Assembly (NCBI GenBank): GCA_051313645.2
Contig: JBNRSN020000006.1
Span: forward strand, 46,562,001 to 46,626,000
DNA length: 64,000 nucleotides
From: Centroscyllium fabricii
Lineage: Eukaryota
Reading direction: 5' to 3'
The notes below the pieces were generated by a model. It did not search any database and was not told the DNA's origin. It saw only the letters and a list, made by a program, of their open reading frames with translations. The position numbers and the translations under genes were made by a program. Positions 46,084-58,890 of the stretch are shown one piece after another; the stretch's first letter is position 1; each line of letters starts with the position of its first letter.

Positions 46084-49000
46084 TGTAATGATATCAGCAA
46101 ACAGTGATCATGTTTGCCTGTTTGACTATCTATGCCTTACTAGCAGAGGAATCATAGTTGCCTGTTTGATTATCCATGCCTGGCCAGCAGAGGGCATGTG
46201 ACAAGAAGCCAGTGCTGTATAAGTTAGTTTTGGTTTCAGTTTAAGATGGATCTCTAAGATGGAGCCTTTGTAAAGCCTGTGTAAGCCTCATGGAAAAGCT
46301 ACAAGTTACTTTAATATACTTTAGATTAAACAACATTCTCCTTCATTAATGTGTCATCTTGGAACACACATACAAAACAAAACATGGTGTCAGAAATGGA
46401 AAGAAGGAAATGAAGAGAAAAAATCTGAAGTTAGCAACTAACCAGCGAAATCAGCTCTCCATAAAGCAAGCAAAAAGAGAACATCGTTACTTACCTTTGG
46501 AGAATAGCTAACGAAGTGAAAAATGGAAGGGTTACACCCACCGGCGAAACTTCAGTTGACAGGTAATGTGGCTGAAAATTGGAACAGATTTAAACAACGT
46601 TTTGAGTTGTATTTAGCGGCAATCGGAGCTGATGAGAAAAGTGATAAAATGAAAGCGTCGGTGTTCTTACATGTCGTGGGTGATGAAGCGCTGGAGGTGT
46701 ATAATAACCTCACATTCGCTGCTGATGGAGACAAAATGAAGTTGGATAAAATAATGGAACAGTTTGAGGCATAATACATACTTAAACATAATGTGACGTT
46801 TGAGAGGCACAGATTTTTCACATGTGTACAGAAAACGGGAGAAACTATTGATCAGTATGTGACTGAACTGAGAAACAGAAGCAAAACATGTGAATTTGGT
46901 GAACTGACAGACTCGCTGATAAAAAACAGACTTGAGTGTGGCATTCCAGATAATAATCTAAGGGAAAGACTGCTAAGAGAGCAAAATCTAGACCTGGAAA
47001 AACATAGCACTTGTCGGGCTACAGAGACTGTAAAGTCGCAGGCAAAGGAGCTGTTCAGTGAAAGTAACTGCAACGTGGATGCAGTGAGAAAGAACGGACA
47101 CAAACCATTTAACAAAAAGAGCGCCAACATGAAAAAAGAGGCGTGGCCAGAGAGCAGAAATGGAAGGGGCAATTGAAAGCCATGTAGTCGATGCGGTACA
47201 CAACACCTACCAAAAAAGTGTCCAGCATATGGTAAAACATGCAATATTTGCAACAAAATCAACCATTATGCCCGTTGCTGTAGGAACCAAGTGAACCAAA
47301 GCAAGGTCCATGCAGTAGATGAAAGGGAGATAGAGGAGTTCTACGTGGACGTTATGTCTGAAAACAAAAAAGAAAAAGCGACTGGATGTTGACATTGAAA
47401 GTGAATGACATACACATTTCATTTAAATTGGATACTGGAGCACAAATTAATGTGATATCAGAGACTGATTTTAAGAAAATTAGACCCAAACCAAAGATAG
47501 ATGGAACAAAAGTGAAAGTGACAGGATACTCAGGTACTGATATACCAGTGCAAGGAAAATGCATTGTCTAAGTGACACACAAGGACAGAGAGCACATGCT
47601 AGCATTCATCGTGGTGCCAAAGGATGTGCAAGCCATACTAGGCTTAATAGCCTGTGAGAGACTGAACCTGGTAAAGAGAGTCCTTGTTGTGGAAAGCGAA
47701 GGAGAGACAGTCTATGATGAACTCATGAAAGAGTACAACAACCTATTTCAGGGTCTAGGCTGCCTTCCAGGAGAACACATGATCAGTGTAGATAACAGTG
47801 TGCCACCGATCATACATCCATGCAGAAAAGTTCAGTTTGCTCTTCAAAAGCAACTGAAAGCAGAGTTGTACAGCATGGAAAGCCTGAATATGATTCAAAA
47901 GATAAATGAGCCAACTGAGTGGGTGAGTTCCCTCGTCGTTGTGGACAAAAAGAATGGAAATCTCAGACTTTGCCTGGATCCAAGAGATCTAAACAGAGCA
48001 ATAAAGAGAGAGCACTTCAAGCTTCCGACTCATGAGGAAATCATGTCAAAGAGTGGGACTTTGTCCACACAACGTCAAGTCCTCATTTTCCACAGTCCAA
48101 TGGACTAGTGGAAAAATCGGCACAGACAGTGAAAAGACTGATGTACAAGGCAAAAGATAGTGGAACTGACTTCTACCAGAGCATGCTAGTATACCGCACA
48201 ACGCCGCTCGAGTGTGGTATGTCACCAGCCCAACTCCTTATGGGACGTAGGCTAAGGTCAAACCTACCCATCCCGGAGAACCTCCTGAAAACAAAAGAGG
48301 GGGAGAAAGTGAGGAAGTTCAAAGAACAACAGAAAGAAAAGCAAAAGTACTACTTTGACAGAGGAACACAAAACCTACCTGAACTCCACACTGGTGACCA
48401 AGTAAGGCTCAAAGACAAAACAAACATATGGACTCAGAAGGGAACTGTCCTTAGTGAAGTTCAACCAAGATCATACACCATTCAGACAGATGAAGGTGCT
48501 GTTCTTCGAAGAAATCATCGAGATCTTCTCATGGGACCAGCCACAGCAGGCAGAAAGACTGATACTGTTGAACAGCCTGATTACACAGCTGATAAGACAA
48601 CTCAGATTCAAGGACAATCAATCAGGAGATTGTCAAGACACATGACACCTCCTGAGAGACTCATAGAGCAAATTTAAAGACTCTTGTTATAGAATGAAGT
48701 AGTGTTATCTTATTCGCTCTTCAAGTTCTAGTGTATGTACATATTTCATGTGAACACACAAAACAAGGTTAAAAAACCTTAATAATGACAATGTAAGTTC
48801 ATTAAGTGTTAAAGTTAAAATTATAGAGTAATACAAAGAAAACATGTTGGTAGTTAAAAGTAAGTTATTTTGTTTTAAGAAAGGGAGATGTAATGATATC
48901 AGCAAACAGTGATCATGTTTGCCTGTTTGACTATCTATGCCTTACTAGCAGAGGAATCATACCTACCTGTTTGATTATCCATGCCTGGCAGCACAGGGCA

Positions 49001-49188
49001 TGTGACAAGAAGCCAGTGTTGTCTAAGTTATTTTTGGTTTCAGTTTAAGATGGATCTCTAAGATGGAACCTATGTAAAGCCTGTGTAAGCTTCATGGAAA
49101 AGCTGCAAGTTACTTTAACATACTTTAGATTAAACAACATTCTCCTTCATTAATGTGTCGTCTTGGAACCCACATACAAAACAATACA
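46084..49188 (+). mobile_element. Internally deleted Mag-like Gypsy C
   Basis: ~300-bp LTRs at 46084-46384 and 48889-49188; TSD CTGAG; PBS TGGTGTCAGAA (tRNA-Leu type); gag; LDTGA protease; RT N-terminus joined to the integrase C-half at ~48050; PPT. Confidence 0.92.
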
Positions 49189-49583
49189 CTGAGTGAGAGC
49201 CGACAGGGCCTCAGTGTAACGTCTCATCCAAAAGACAGCACCTCCGACAGTGCAGCACTCCCTCAGAACTACACTGGCGTGTCAGCCTATATTTTTGTGC
49301 TCAAGTCTCAGGAGTGGGACTTGAACCCACAACCTTCTGACGCAGAAGCAAGAGTGCTACCCCCTGAGCTGTGGATGACTTGCTGACTCCCTGTTTGCTC
49401 CAAACTACTTGACTTAACAGCTCAATGCTCAATTGACCTCCAATAGTCATAAATGCTTTTTAACATTCCTGACCATTCCTGGCAAACTCCTCAGCTCACA
49501 GAGCAAGGATTCAGTCCCCATCTCAGGATGAGCTATGCTCCCACCCCACTAAGCAAGGATTAAATTTGGGGCCTAGATTCTAT

Positions 49584-50345
49584 GGCCTAGAAATTCGGTG
49601 GCTTGCGCCTGCCCATTAGCGCGGGCACTAATGGTGCGCAAGACACTTAGCGCCTGCGCTTGCGCCTCCTGCGGTATTCAGTGGGGCGCTAAGGTGGGCG
49701 GTAACCGATAGTGCCCCATGAATATTTTGCGCTGCTCGCCGACGGGGATGACATCATCAGTGCGCGCAGCGCCAGTGTGGCGCCCGTGACTGAAGCTGTG
49801 CAGCGCCCGCTGAGTTTTCGGTGGGCGTTTCCCGCGACAGCTTTTTCTAGCCGTAACAGCAGCGGGGGAGCGCTGCTTAAAGGGGAGGGTGCCGGGCAGC
49901 CATTTTTATTGCTGGCCGACTGCCAGCACCTTCCCCCTTTGCCTCCCCTGGCCTCCCCCGCTGATCCCGCCGCAGTGTGAGCCCTCCGACCAGTGAGCCC
50001 GGCACTTCCCTCCACTGCCGGGCTACTTCTGCTGCATGGCGTCCCACGGCGGCCCCGCGGGGCTCCGGCCGCAGCGGCCCTAGGCCCCTCACCTTTAATC
50101 GGGGAAGAAGACCTGCAGTACCGCGGTGCACCACTCTGCGCTGCGTGTCGCAGTGACCCCCAGCACCCAGAACTTTGTCTGTAGCACCTGAAGAGCGAGG
50201 GCAGGCACCTGTTTTAGCGCCCGCCCTCCTACTATGGGCGCGACAGCTGAATTTCAGCGCTAACGGCGCCAGCGATTAGCAGGCACTAAAAATAGCGCTG
50301 TGCCGACGTTAGCGCCTCAAAAAGTGCGTGAGCCAATTTATCCCC
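49584..50345. mobile_element. GC-rich Harbinger-like non-autonomous element
   Basis: GGCCTAGAAATT start as in the other TIR elements; flanks TAT/CAT. Confidence 0.5.
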
Positions 50346-51791
50346 CATTGAGGTCTATCCCTCTCCCTTTCCCCACTGAATAATGATTCAGGGCCTGGGC
50401 CAAGGGGGAGATCACTAACACCCTCCTCACTGTGAGAGTTTCCTTCCCTTCCTCCACCCAGCCCCATCCATCCATCCCTTGCTTCCCCAATCTCCTCCAC
50501 ATCCTCCTGGTCCCCTGCCTTCTCTCTGGCCTCTCACTTCCCCATCCCCCTTTACACCCTGGCCTCGTCTCCTTACCTCCTCCCCAGCTACTTGCCCCAT
50601 CCTCCTTGCCCCCATTTCCTCCTCCCTAAGTCCCTCTTACCATCCTTCTCCACTCGCCCTTTCCCACATCTTCTCTCCCTCTCCCCTCCCCTTCTCTCCC
50701 TGTGCTTACATCCTGTCACCTCTCCCCATCAACTCTCATCTCTACTCACAGCTGGATTCAATATCCCTCCTGGCCTCTAACCACATTAGGTCTCGACTCC
50801 CCATGTGCAACAACACAGGGGATTGACAGGGAATTAAAAACGATATGTCCGGTCATCTTTCTATTAAACAGTCCTATGCAAACAGTGTCTATGGGGTTTT
50901 GAATATTAGTTTGGTCCACATCTGGTAAAGCCCGCTCTCTCACCTTTTTGGTCGCATTTGTCCATTAAAGCAACAGCTTTTCACCCTGTATGGGTTCTAG
51001 CCACTAGGTTGCATTGTTTAGCAGATTTGTCAACAATCACCTTAATGGCCCAGAAATTGGGGTCTCCACGGGTGAGTACGCACGAGGTATTCACCCGTAG
51101 GCCCCACGAATGCGCCAGTTTCGTGCATGCACTGCGCATGCGTGGGAAACCGGCACTTCCGATTCCCGAACTAAGGGGTTAAGAGGTGAAGCACGGGAGC
51201 GTCAGCGCGTGCGCATTGCACTTACGCTTTTTTTCAGGTTTTTCTGTCCAGGTAAGTGTGTAAAGGTTAGACACAAAAAAGCAGCCGTAAGGCCTGCTTT
51301 TAACAAGGTAAGTGGTGAATTAATTCAAATTAAAACATTTTTTCCACAGGTTTATTACTTTTAAATACTTTACAGAAAGGAAAGTTTATTTTTAGCCCCA
51401 TTAGAAAAAATAATTAATTTTTTCAAAATTTTTAATTATTGTTTAAAAGTTATTTAATGTAATTTGTAGTTATTTTAAAAATGTGACTTTTTAAAAAATG
51501 TATTTGAAGTTTTAGTGATGTTTTGGGGCTTGTAGTTTTCATAGGGGGGGGGATTTTCGCGAGTCCATGAGGGCGGCTTTCCCGCGGGGCAGGGCCTAAA
51601 ATCGCAGAGTCAGGTGGTCCCGCCCCCCCCCACCGGATCGCCACCTGCTTATAGGTTTCGGGCAGCGTGTCCTGCCGTCCCGAATCTTTCCCGCCCGCCG
51701 GCGGTGGGGATGCTCGTTGAAGTAATTGACGGGCCTTAATTGGACTGGATAATGCCATTTTAAGGACCCTCATCTGTTTTAAACCCCTTCC

Positions 51792-54685
51792 TGTGGTGAT
51801 AGTTACCCTCTGCCCAGTAGGGGGCAACAGAGGGTAAACAGAAAGTGAAAGTGTAATAAACAGTGGCCTAGCAGTTAATGGATGAAGCATACAAGCTGTC
51901 TCTGTCTCTGTCTCGGTGATTTGAACACATTACATGGTGTCAAAATTGAGATCTGAACCCACAATGGAACTAACTTCCCCAGTGAAACCAGTCAGCTCCC
52001 GGTGAGTGAAAGTTTATGATAGCTATTTAAGCCAGGACGGAGATAACCAGAAGAGACTGAGAGAGAGAAAAGAAAAGTGTACTTACCCCACGTTGCTTAG
52101 CTTACTACCATGGCCACTCAAACTCCTGCATTCTTTCAGATTTCTCCCCCCTCCGAATTTGATTTTACATGGCTGGAAGAGTGGCCATTGTGGATTAGCA
52201 GATTTGAATGTTTCAGACAGGCTTCAGGCCTTGAAAAACAGTCACAGGAAAAACAGGTTAATACGCTATTATATTCCATGGGAGCGGAGGCTGAAGCGAT
52301 TGTCCGGTGCAGGAATATTACGGCTGATCAACTGAAAAGCTATGACACAGTTAAAACAGAGTTGTCTAATCATTTCATCCCATGGAGTAATTTGATATTC
52401 GAACACACAAGATTCCATAGGCGTGCTATATGAGCTCATCGAACACTGTGAATATGGAGATATGCGGGATGAACTAATTCGTGACAGATTGGTTGTTGTA
52501 CTAAGGGATTTTAAACTCTCTGGAAAATTACAGATGGATCCAGACCTCACAGTTGACAAAGCAAAACATAGGTTTTCCAAAGTGAACAATGGCCTAAAAA
52601 TTCAGGTGGGAGGCTTCCTGCGAGTGCAAGCCTCCCACCCACGCTTACGGAGGGCATAGAACTTTGTCCTCTTCTGGGAGTTGAACTCCCGATGCTAGGC
52701 CCTGCTCCAAGCCCCACGCGCCGCGCTGAGGCAACTCAGCGTCGGAGTTAGTGCGAGACTCCGCGCGGTACCACGTGGTCTGCGGGGAGCCAATCACTGC
52801 CAAGAATCCTCCATTCATAACTTTGACAGACAGATCTGTCAAAGTTATGAAATGTAAGAGCCCCAAAAACACACTAAACATTAAAATAAATTTTAAAAAA
52901 CACATTTTTTAACATTACTATCACTAACATAAATTACCTATTTTAAACAAAAAATAAAAATGTTGAAAAAATATTTTATGTTTTTAACTGGGCTAAAAAA
53001 CTACTTACCTATGTTTAAATTATTTAAAAATAAAAAACCTGTGAAAGAAATACTTAAATTGAATAAAATAGAGACTTACCCGCTAAAAAGGGGTCGTTAC
53101 GGCTGATATTTTCAGCCGTAATTTTCCTGATACTTACCCCGATAAAAAACTTGCAAAAAAATCATAATTGCACTGCGCACCTCCTGACCACCGCCACTCT
53201 CCCCCCGACCCGGCATCGGAAGTACTGGTTCTGTGCGCATGCTCGGTGCATGCACAGAACCAGCACGTCTGAGGGCCGCACGCGTGAGTACACCGTCCGT
53301 ACTCGTGCGATGCGGCCCTAATTTCTGGGCCAATAAAGAAACAGCAATCAATGCTTTAGAAAGATAGTAATGAGGAGGAGGAGTCCATTGAAACCATAAG
53401 TGCACCCCGACAAGCAGGTCCCCAAAAACATTTTTCTACCAAATCAAGACAAACTGACTCACGGAAATATGTACAGATCCCTCGCATTGGAACTCAAACT
53501 GGAACACATTTCCAAGCACAAAAGCGGAGTTGCAGATGGTGTGGCCGGAGTACACACAATAGACAAATCTGTCCAGCCAAAGATGTTAGTTGCAGAAATT
53601 GCCAGAAAAAGGAACATTTTGCTGCAGTTTGCCGATCCACACCACCGATTGCTGAAATATCAGAGGATGATGACAATGAGATAGCGTTCCTGGGGTCAAC
53701 TGGAGATGGGTAGGACCAGCCGTGGACCATCACCCTAAGCCTGTGTGGCCACATGACTGAATTAAAAATTGTTACAGGGGCTGATGTGACTGTCATCCCG
53801 GAGTGCCTCTACAACGACCTAGGTCTAGAGGCTCTTCAGAGCACCACTAAGATTCTTCAGGGTCCTGGTCAAGTCCCGTTGAATGTCAGAGGAAAATTTG
53901 CAGCTACCCTGACCCGTGGTCCACAGTGTTCAAAGCAGGTTGTGTATGTGGTATGCAGTCAATGGACAGCGCTGCTCGGTCACCCTGCCATCATTTCCCT
54001 GCGTCTGGTGTCCAGGTTGGAACCACAAGTAGCAGAGACAGTATCTACGGATCTCGAACGGGAGGTCAGACAGTGATTCCCCAGACTGTTTCAAGGCATT
54101 GGGCGACTGCAAGAGGAGTATCACATTCGCCTCAAGCCGGAGGCCAAACCTTTTGCTCTCTCTACACCCCGACTTGTCTCACTCCCCCTTATGACTAAAA
54201 TTAAGGAGGAACTAACCCACATGGAGCAACTGGGGATAATTTCAAGTGTTGAGGAACCCACAGCCTGGTGCTTCGGAATGGTTGTAGTCCCAAAACCCAA
54301 CGGAAAAATCAGAATCTGCATAGACCTAACAAAACTCAATGAAAGTGGCTGTAGAGAGCTGCATCTCTTACCCTGCGTAGAGCACACTCTGGGGCACTTG
54401 AAAGATGCAAAGCTTTTTACAAAGCTTGACGCTCAATCTAGTTTCTGGCAAACACCCTTGACAGAGGAGTCAAAACATCTTACCACGTTCATCACGCCTT
54501 TCAGACGTTACTGATTCCATAGACTGCCCTTTGGAATATCCTCCGCCCCTGAGCATTTCCAGCGCTGCATGTCCTGCCTCCTTGAGGGACTTGATGGTGT
54601 CTTATGTCAAATGGATGATGTGTTTGTGTTTGGCGCAACCTAAGAACAGCACGATCAGTGACTGTTTACAATTCTCGGTAGACTA
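51792..54685 (+). mobile_element. 3'-truncated Mag-like Gypsy D (short LTR 51792-51934, gag, protease, partial RT)
   Basis: TG...TTACA then PBS TGGTGTCA; gag EEWPLWISRFECFR; TGADVTVI; RICIDLTKLN; QMDD. Confidence 0.82.
52591..53331. mobile_element. Harbinger-like element inserted in Gypsy D gag
   Basis: TSD AAT/AAT; inverted relative of 51047-55752. Confidence 0.72.
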
Positions 54686-54751
54686 CCTTGGGTGAAGACC
54701 AGCTGTGGAGAAAAAACTTAAAAACCTTACCTTGACAGATCGATTGAGAGA

Positions 54752-55156
54752 GGGGCGGCACGGTGGCAAAGTGGTTAGCACTGTTGCCTTACAGCACTGG
54801 AGACCCGGGTTCAAATCCAGCCTCGGGTACTATCTGTGTGGAGTTTGCACATTCTCCCTGTGTCTGCGTGGATTTCCTCCGGGTGCTCCGGTTTCCTCCC
54901 ACAGTCCAAAGATGTGCGGGTTAGGTTGATTGGCCATGATAAATTGACCGTTAGTGTTAGGGGGATTGAATATGTGGGGTTACGGGGATAGGGTGGGATA
55001 TGTGTCGATGCAGGCTCGATAGGGATATGGGGAGAGGGCAGGGGCGGGGTACTGGGTTTGGATGATCAGCCATGATCTCATTGAATGGCAGAGCAGGCTC
55101 GAAGGGCCGAATGGCCTATTCCTGATCCTAGTTTCTATGTTTCTATGTTTCTATGT
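54752..55156 (+). mobile_element. V-SINE (HE1-like)
   Basis: Full family consensus with (TTTCTATG)n tail. Confidence 0.9.
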
Positions 55157-56589
55157 AACTGTCAAAGATTTCCAGTGGGACCGACCACCTGTCACTCAAA
55201 CCACTTGGGCTTAGCGGCTGGTTGCACTCCATTGTGATGTCACAATGGAGTGTTTCCATTGCAACTGTCAACAGCTAGTCCATACAACTGTCTGTCAAAG
55301 CCCTCGCTCCCAGCTGCAGTGCATTGATTTCCGACTCGAGGCAGGCAATTGCAAGGGGCTCCCCGCACGCGGTGATTTAATTGATCAATTTATGGAAAAT
55401 TGCATTGGGTTTCCAGGCCCTTGGGCGGGCGGGACAGAAACCCGACCCGCCCAATCCCCGCCAGGTTCCCGCACCCTCAGGGAAATCCCCCCCATTAGTT
55501 TTGACAGCTCTTCCTGTCAAACTTATGAATGGAGCATTCTCTGCTCCGATTGGCTCTCCATGGCCCACGTGACCCCAGAGGATGCATCGCACTAACTGCG
55601 CCGCTGGGATACCTGAGCACAGCGCGCCAGCAGATGGAGGAGGTCCAGGAACGGAATTCCACGCAGGCCAGCAGCTCAACGGCCGGCGCGCTAGGTAAGT
55701 GCAGGTTGGAGGCTTGTATCCGTGGGAAGCATCCAAACTGAATTTCTGGGCCAATATTTTTGAACTGCCAATTTTTCCTCAGTAATTGAATTTTTTTTAC
55801 AAACAAACTGTTAAAAATTCAACATGTTTCACAGTAATATGATTACATTCATCTATTGAATTGGTTGCTGTGCCTTCCCTAAATGCATTAGAGACACAGG
55901 AACAGGAACGGGCCAATCAGCCCCTTGAGCCTGTTCTGACATTCAATGAGATCATGGCTGATCTGTGTCTCAGCCCTATTCACCTACCTTTGCTCTGCAT
56001 CCCTTGATACACTTACCCAATGAATATCTATCAACCTTAGTCAACCCAGCATCAACATCCTTTTGGGAGAGAGAAAGTTCCAGATTTCCACTACCCTTTG
56101 TGTGAAGAAGTGCTTCCTGACATCACCCCCTGAACGGCCGAGCTCTAATTTTAAGGTTATGCCCCCGTGTTCTGGATTTCCGCACCAGAGGAAATAGTTT
56201 CTCTCTATCGACTGTATCAAATCCCTTTATCATTTTAAACACCTCGATCAGATCCCTGCGCAACCTTTCAAACTCAAGCCAAGTTTATGCAATCTGTCCT
56301 CATAATTTAACCCTTTAAGATCTGGTATCATTCTGGTGAATCTGCGCTGTACCCTTTCCAAGGCCAATACATCTCTCTTGAGGTCCGGTGCCCAAAATTG
56401 AACGCAGTACTCCAGCTGGGACTTTGTAAATCTCAAGCATCATTTTCTCAATTTTTGCATTCCAAACCCGTTTGAGATAACGACCAACATTCCATTAGCC
56501 TTTATGATTTCTTTTTGCACCTTTACACCAGTTTTTAGTGATTTGTGTACATAGACACCTAAATCCCTTTGCTCCTCCACAGCTCTTAT

Positions 56590-57410
56590 GGGGGGAAAAA
56601 TTTAGTATCGCCCTGCTTGGGGCGCGATTATCGGCCGTGCGCAAAGTTTGGCGCCGGGCGCTAATTATCGCCTCCAACTGCAAACTTGGCTTCTATCGCC
56701 CCCGGGAGTTGATTGGAGCGCGAAATCAGGCGCTACACACCTCTCTTAAGGCTCAAAGGCCGAGGAGCGAGGCGCTACCTCAGAGCGCTGGCGAAGCCCA
56801 TGTGCTGTCAGTTAGCCATGGAACACAGACACACTGTTCTTAAAGGGGAGGGTCGATCTTGCTCTCCATCCACACCCTGCTCATTCCAGCCGTGAATCTC
56901 GGCCTGGAGAGACCTGTACATCAAATCTGCTGGAAAGAACAATGGAGAGGCCCAGGGAAAGAGCTTGGAGTGCAGCCTTCATAGTCTCTTCTGAATCGAT
57001 GCAAGGAAGGGAAAATCAAAATGAACCTGCAAAGTGCTGCTCAGTACCCAAAACTCCCTCACACAGCGTTGAATCTCTCCAGAAGTCTCCATCTCTCAGA
57101 ATGCGCGGTACAAAAATGTCACCAACAAAAAAAGGCAGGAAGCGGTCGCCTTTAAATAGCGCTCCCCCAGGCAGTAAGGCGCCACTCAATATCCAGTCCG
57201 GCGCGCTACTGGGGCGTAGCACACTCAACTGACATCATGATCTGCTGGCGCAGGAGTCTTTGGCAGTAGTGTTTAGCGCTGCCGCAAAATGTCTAGTTAA
57301 TTTCATGAGCGGCGCAAACATCGCCACGCCCGGGCGCTAGTTGCTTTGTGCCACATTAGCACCCTCTTAAGGCGTGAACAGGAGACACAAACCAACTGAA
57401 ATTTTCCCCC
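56590..57410. mobile_element. Harbinger-like non-autonomous element
   Basis: GGGGGAAAAATTTAGT / ACTGAAATTTTCCCCC termini. Confidence 0.6.
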
Positions 57411-57433
57411 TTAGTCTCACAGCATTATTCTAA

Positions 57434-57569
57434 GACAAGAAGTCACACAACACCAGGTTATAGTCCAACAGTTTTATTTGAAATTTCAAATAAAACTGTT
57501 GGACTATAACCTGGTGTTGTGTGACTTCTTGCATTTGTCCACCCCAGTCCAACACCGGCACCTCCACAT
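57434..57569 (+). mobile_element. Minimal Penelope-like insertion: perfect 96-bp palindrome plus tail
   Basis: Same family as 15035-16525; 11-bp TSD CATTATTCTAA. Confidence 0.85.
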
Positions 57570-57889
57570 CATTATTCTAATATGTCTTTCCCAAATTCAA
57601 AATGGATGACCTCACATTTCCCCACATTGAACTCCATCTGCTATAGCTTTATCCGCTCACTTAGTCTGTCTGTGCCCCTTTGTAACTTACTGCTCCCATC
57701 TACACAATCTACTGTGCCATCCACAAACTTGGATATAAATCTCTCTATCCCTTCATCCAAGTCACTGATATATACGCTGAAAAGCTAAGGCCTTAGTACA
57801 GCTCTCTGGAGAACTCCACTTGTCACATCCCGCCAATCAGAGTACGTTCCCTTTTGTTCCTACTCTCTGTCTCCTTACCGCCCAACTAA

Positions 57890-58678
57890 TTACCACACAA
57901 GTGCCAGGCAATGACTATCTCCAACAAGTGAGACTCTAACCATCTCCCCTTGACATTCAATGCCATTATCATCGCTGAATCCCCCACTATCAACATCCTG
58001 GGGGTTACCATTGATCGGAAACTGAACTGGACCAGCCATATAAATACTGTGGCTGCAAGAGCAGGCCAGAGGCTGGGAATTCTGCGGCGAGTGTCTCACC
58101 TCCTGACTCCCCAAAGCGTTTCCGCCATCTACAAGGCACAAGTCAGGAGTGTGATGGAATACTCTCCACTTGCCTGGATGAGTGCAGCTCCAACAACACT
58201 CAAGAAGCTCGACACCATTCAGGATAAAGCAGGCCGCTTGATTGGCACTCCATCCACCACCTTCAACATTCACTCCCTCTACCACCGGCGCACTGTGGCT
58301 GCAGTGTGTACCATCTACAAGATGCACTGCAGCAACTCGCCAAAGCTCCTTCAACAGCACCTTCCAAACCTGCGACCTCTACCACTTAGAAGGACAAGGG
58401 CAGCAGACGCATGGGAACAGCACCACCTACAAGTTCCCCTCCAAGCCACACACCATCCTGACTTGGACCTGTATCGCCGCTCCTTCACTGTCGCTGGGCC
58501 AAAATCCTGGAACTCCCTTCCTAACAACATTGTGGGTGTACCTACACCATATGGACTGCAGCGGTTCAAGAAGGCGGCTCACCACCATCTTCTCAAGGGC
58601 AATTAGGGATGGGCACTAAATGCAGGCCTAGCCAGCCAGCGACGCCCACATCCCATCAATGAATAAAAACAAAAAAAA
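57890..58678 (+). mobile_element. Zenon-like CR1 3' fragment
   Basis: ORF 57950-58606 and family tail. Confidence 0.78.
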
Positions 58679-58890
58679 TTACCAACTCATGTCACAAGAT
58701 TACCTCCAATCCCGTGTGCATTTCATTTTGCCCAATAATCCTAGGAAACCTAATCAAAATGCTTTCTGGAAGTCCATATAGACGGTAATCCATAGACACT
58801 CCCATGTCCACCAAGTCAGTTACCTCCTCAAAAACGAATCACAATTCCAGTAACTTCCCTATAACGGATGTTAATCTGTCGTCTGTGGTT

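Larger units (their letters stand above)
45441..49370 (-). mobile_element. DeuSINE split by a MITE and by Mag-like Gypsy C
   Basis: Reverse complement of the 28852 family; continuous across both inserts. Confidence 0.7.
51544..55493. mobile_element. Second Harbinger-like element nested in the first
   Basis: GGGGGGGATTT / AAATCCCCCCC termini; homologous to 43363-44173. Confidence 0.6.
51047..55752. mobile_element. Harbinger-like element, outer shell of a nest
   Basis: TIR GGCCCAGAAATT / AATTTCTGGGCC; TSD AAT/AAT. Confidence 0.7.
55893..58835 (-). mobile_element. Old CR1, interrupted several times
   Basis: LEYCVQFWAP..RVQRRFTRMIP; RT homology continues at 57410-57890 and 58680-58835. Confidence 0.7.

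Noticed and set aside
50400-50730. Pyrimidine-rich tract as coding sequence
   Set aside because: Low-complexity sequence; the ORFs are compositional artefacts.
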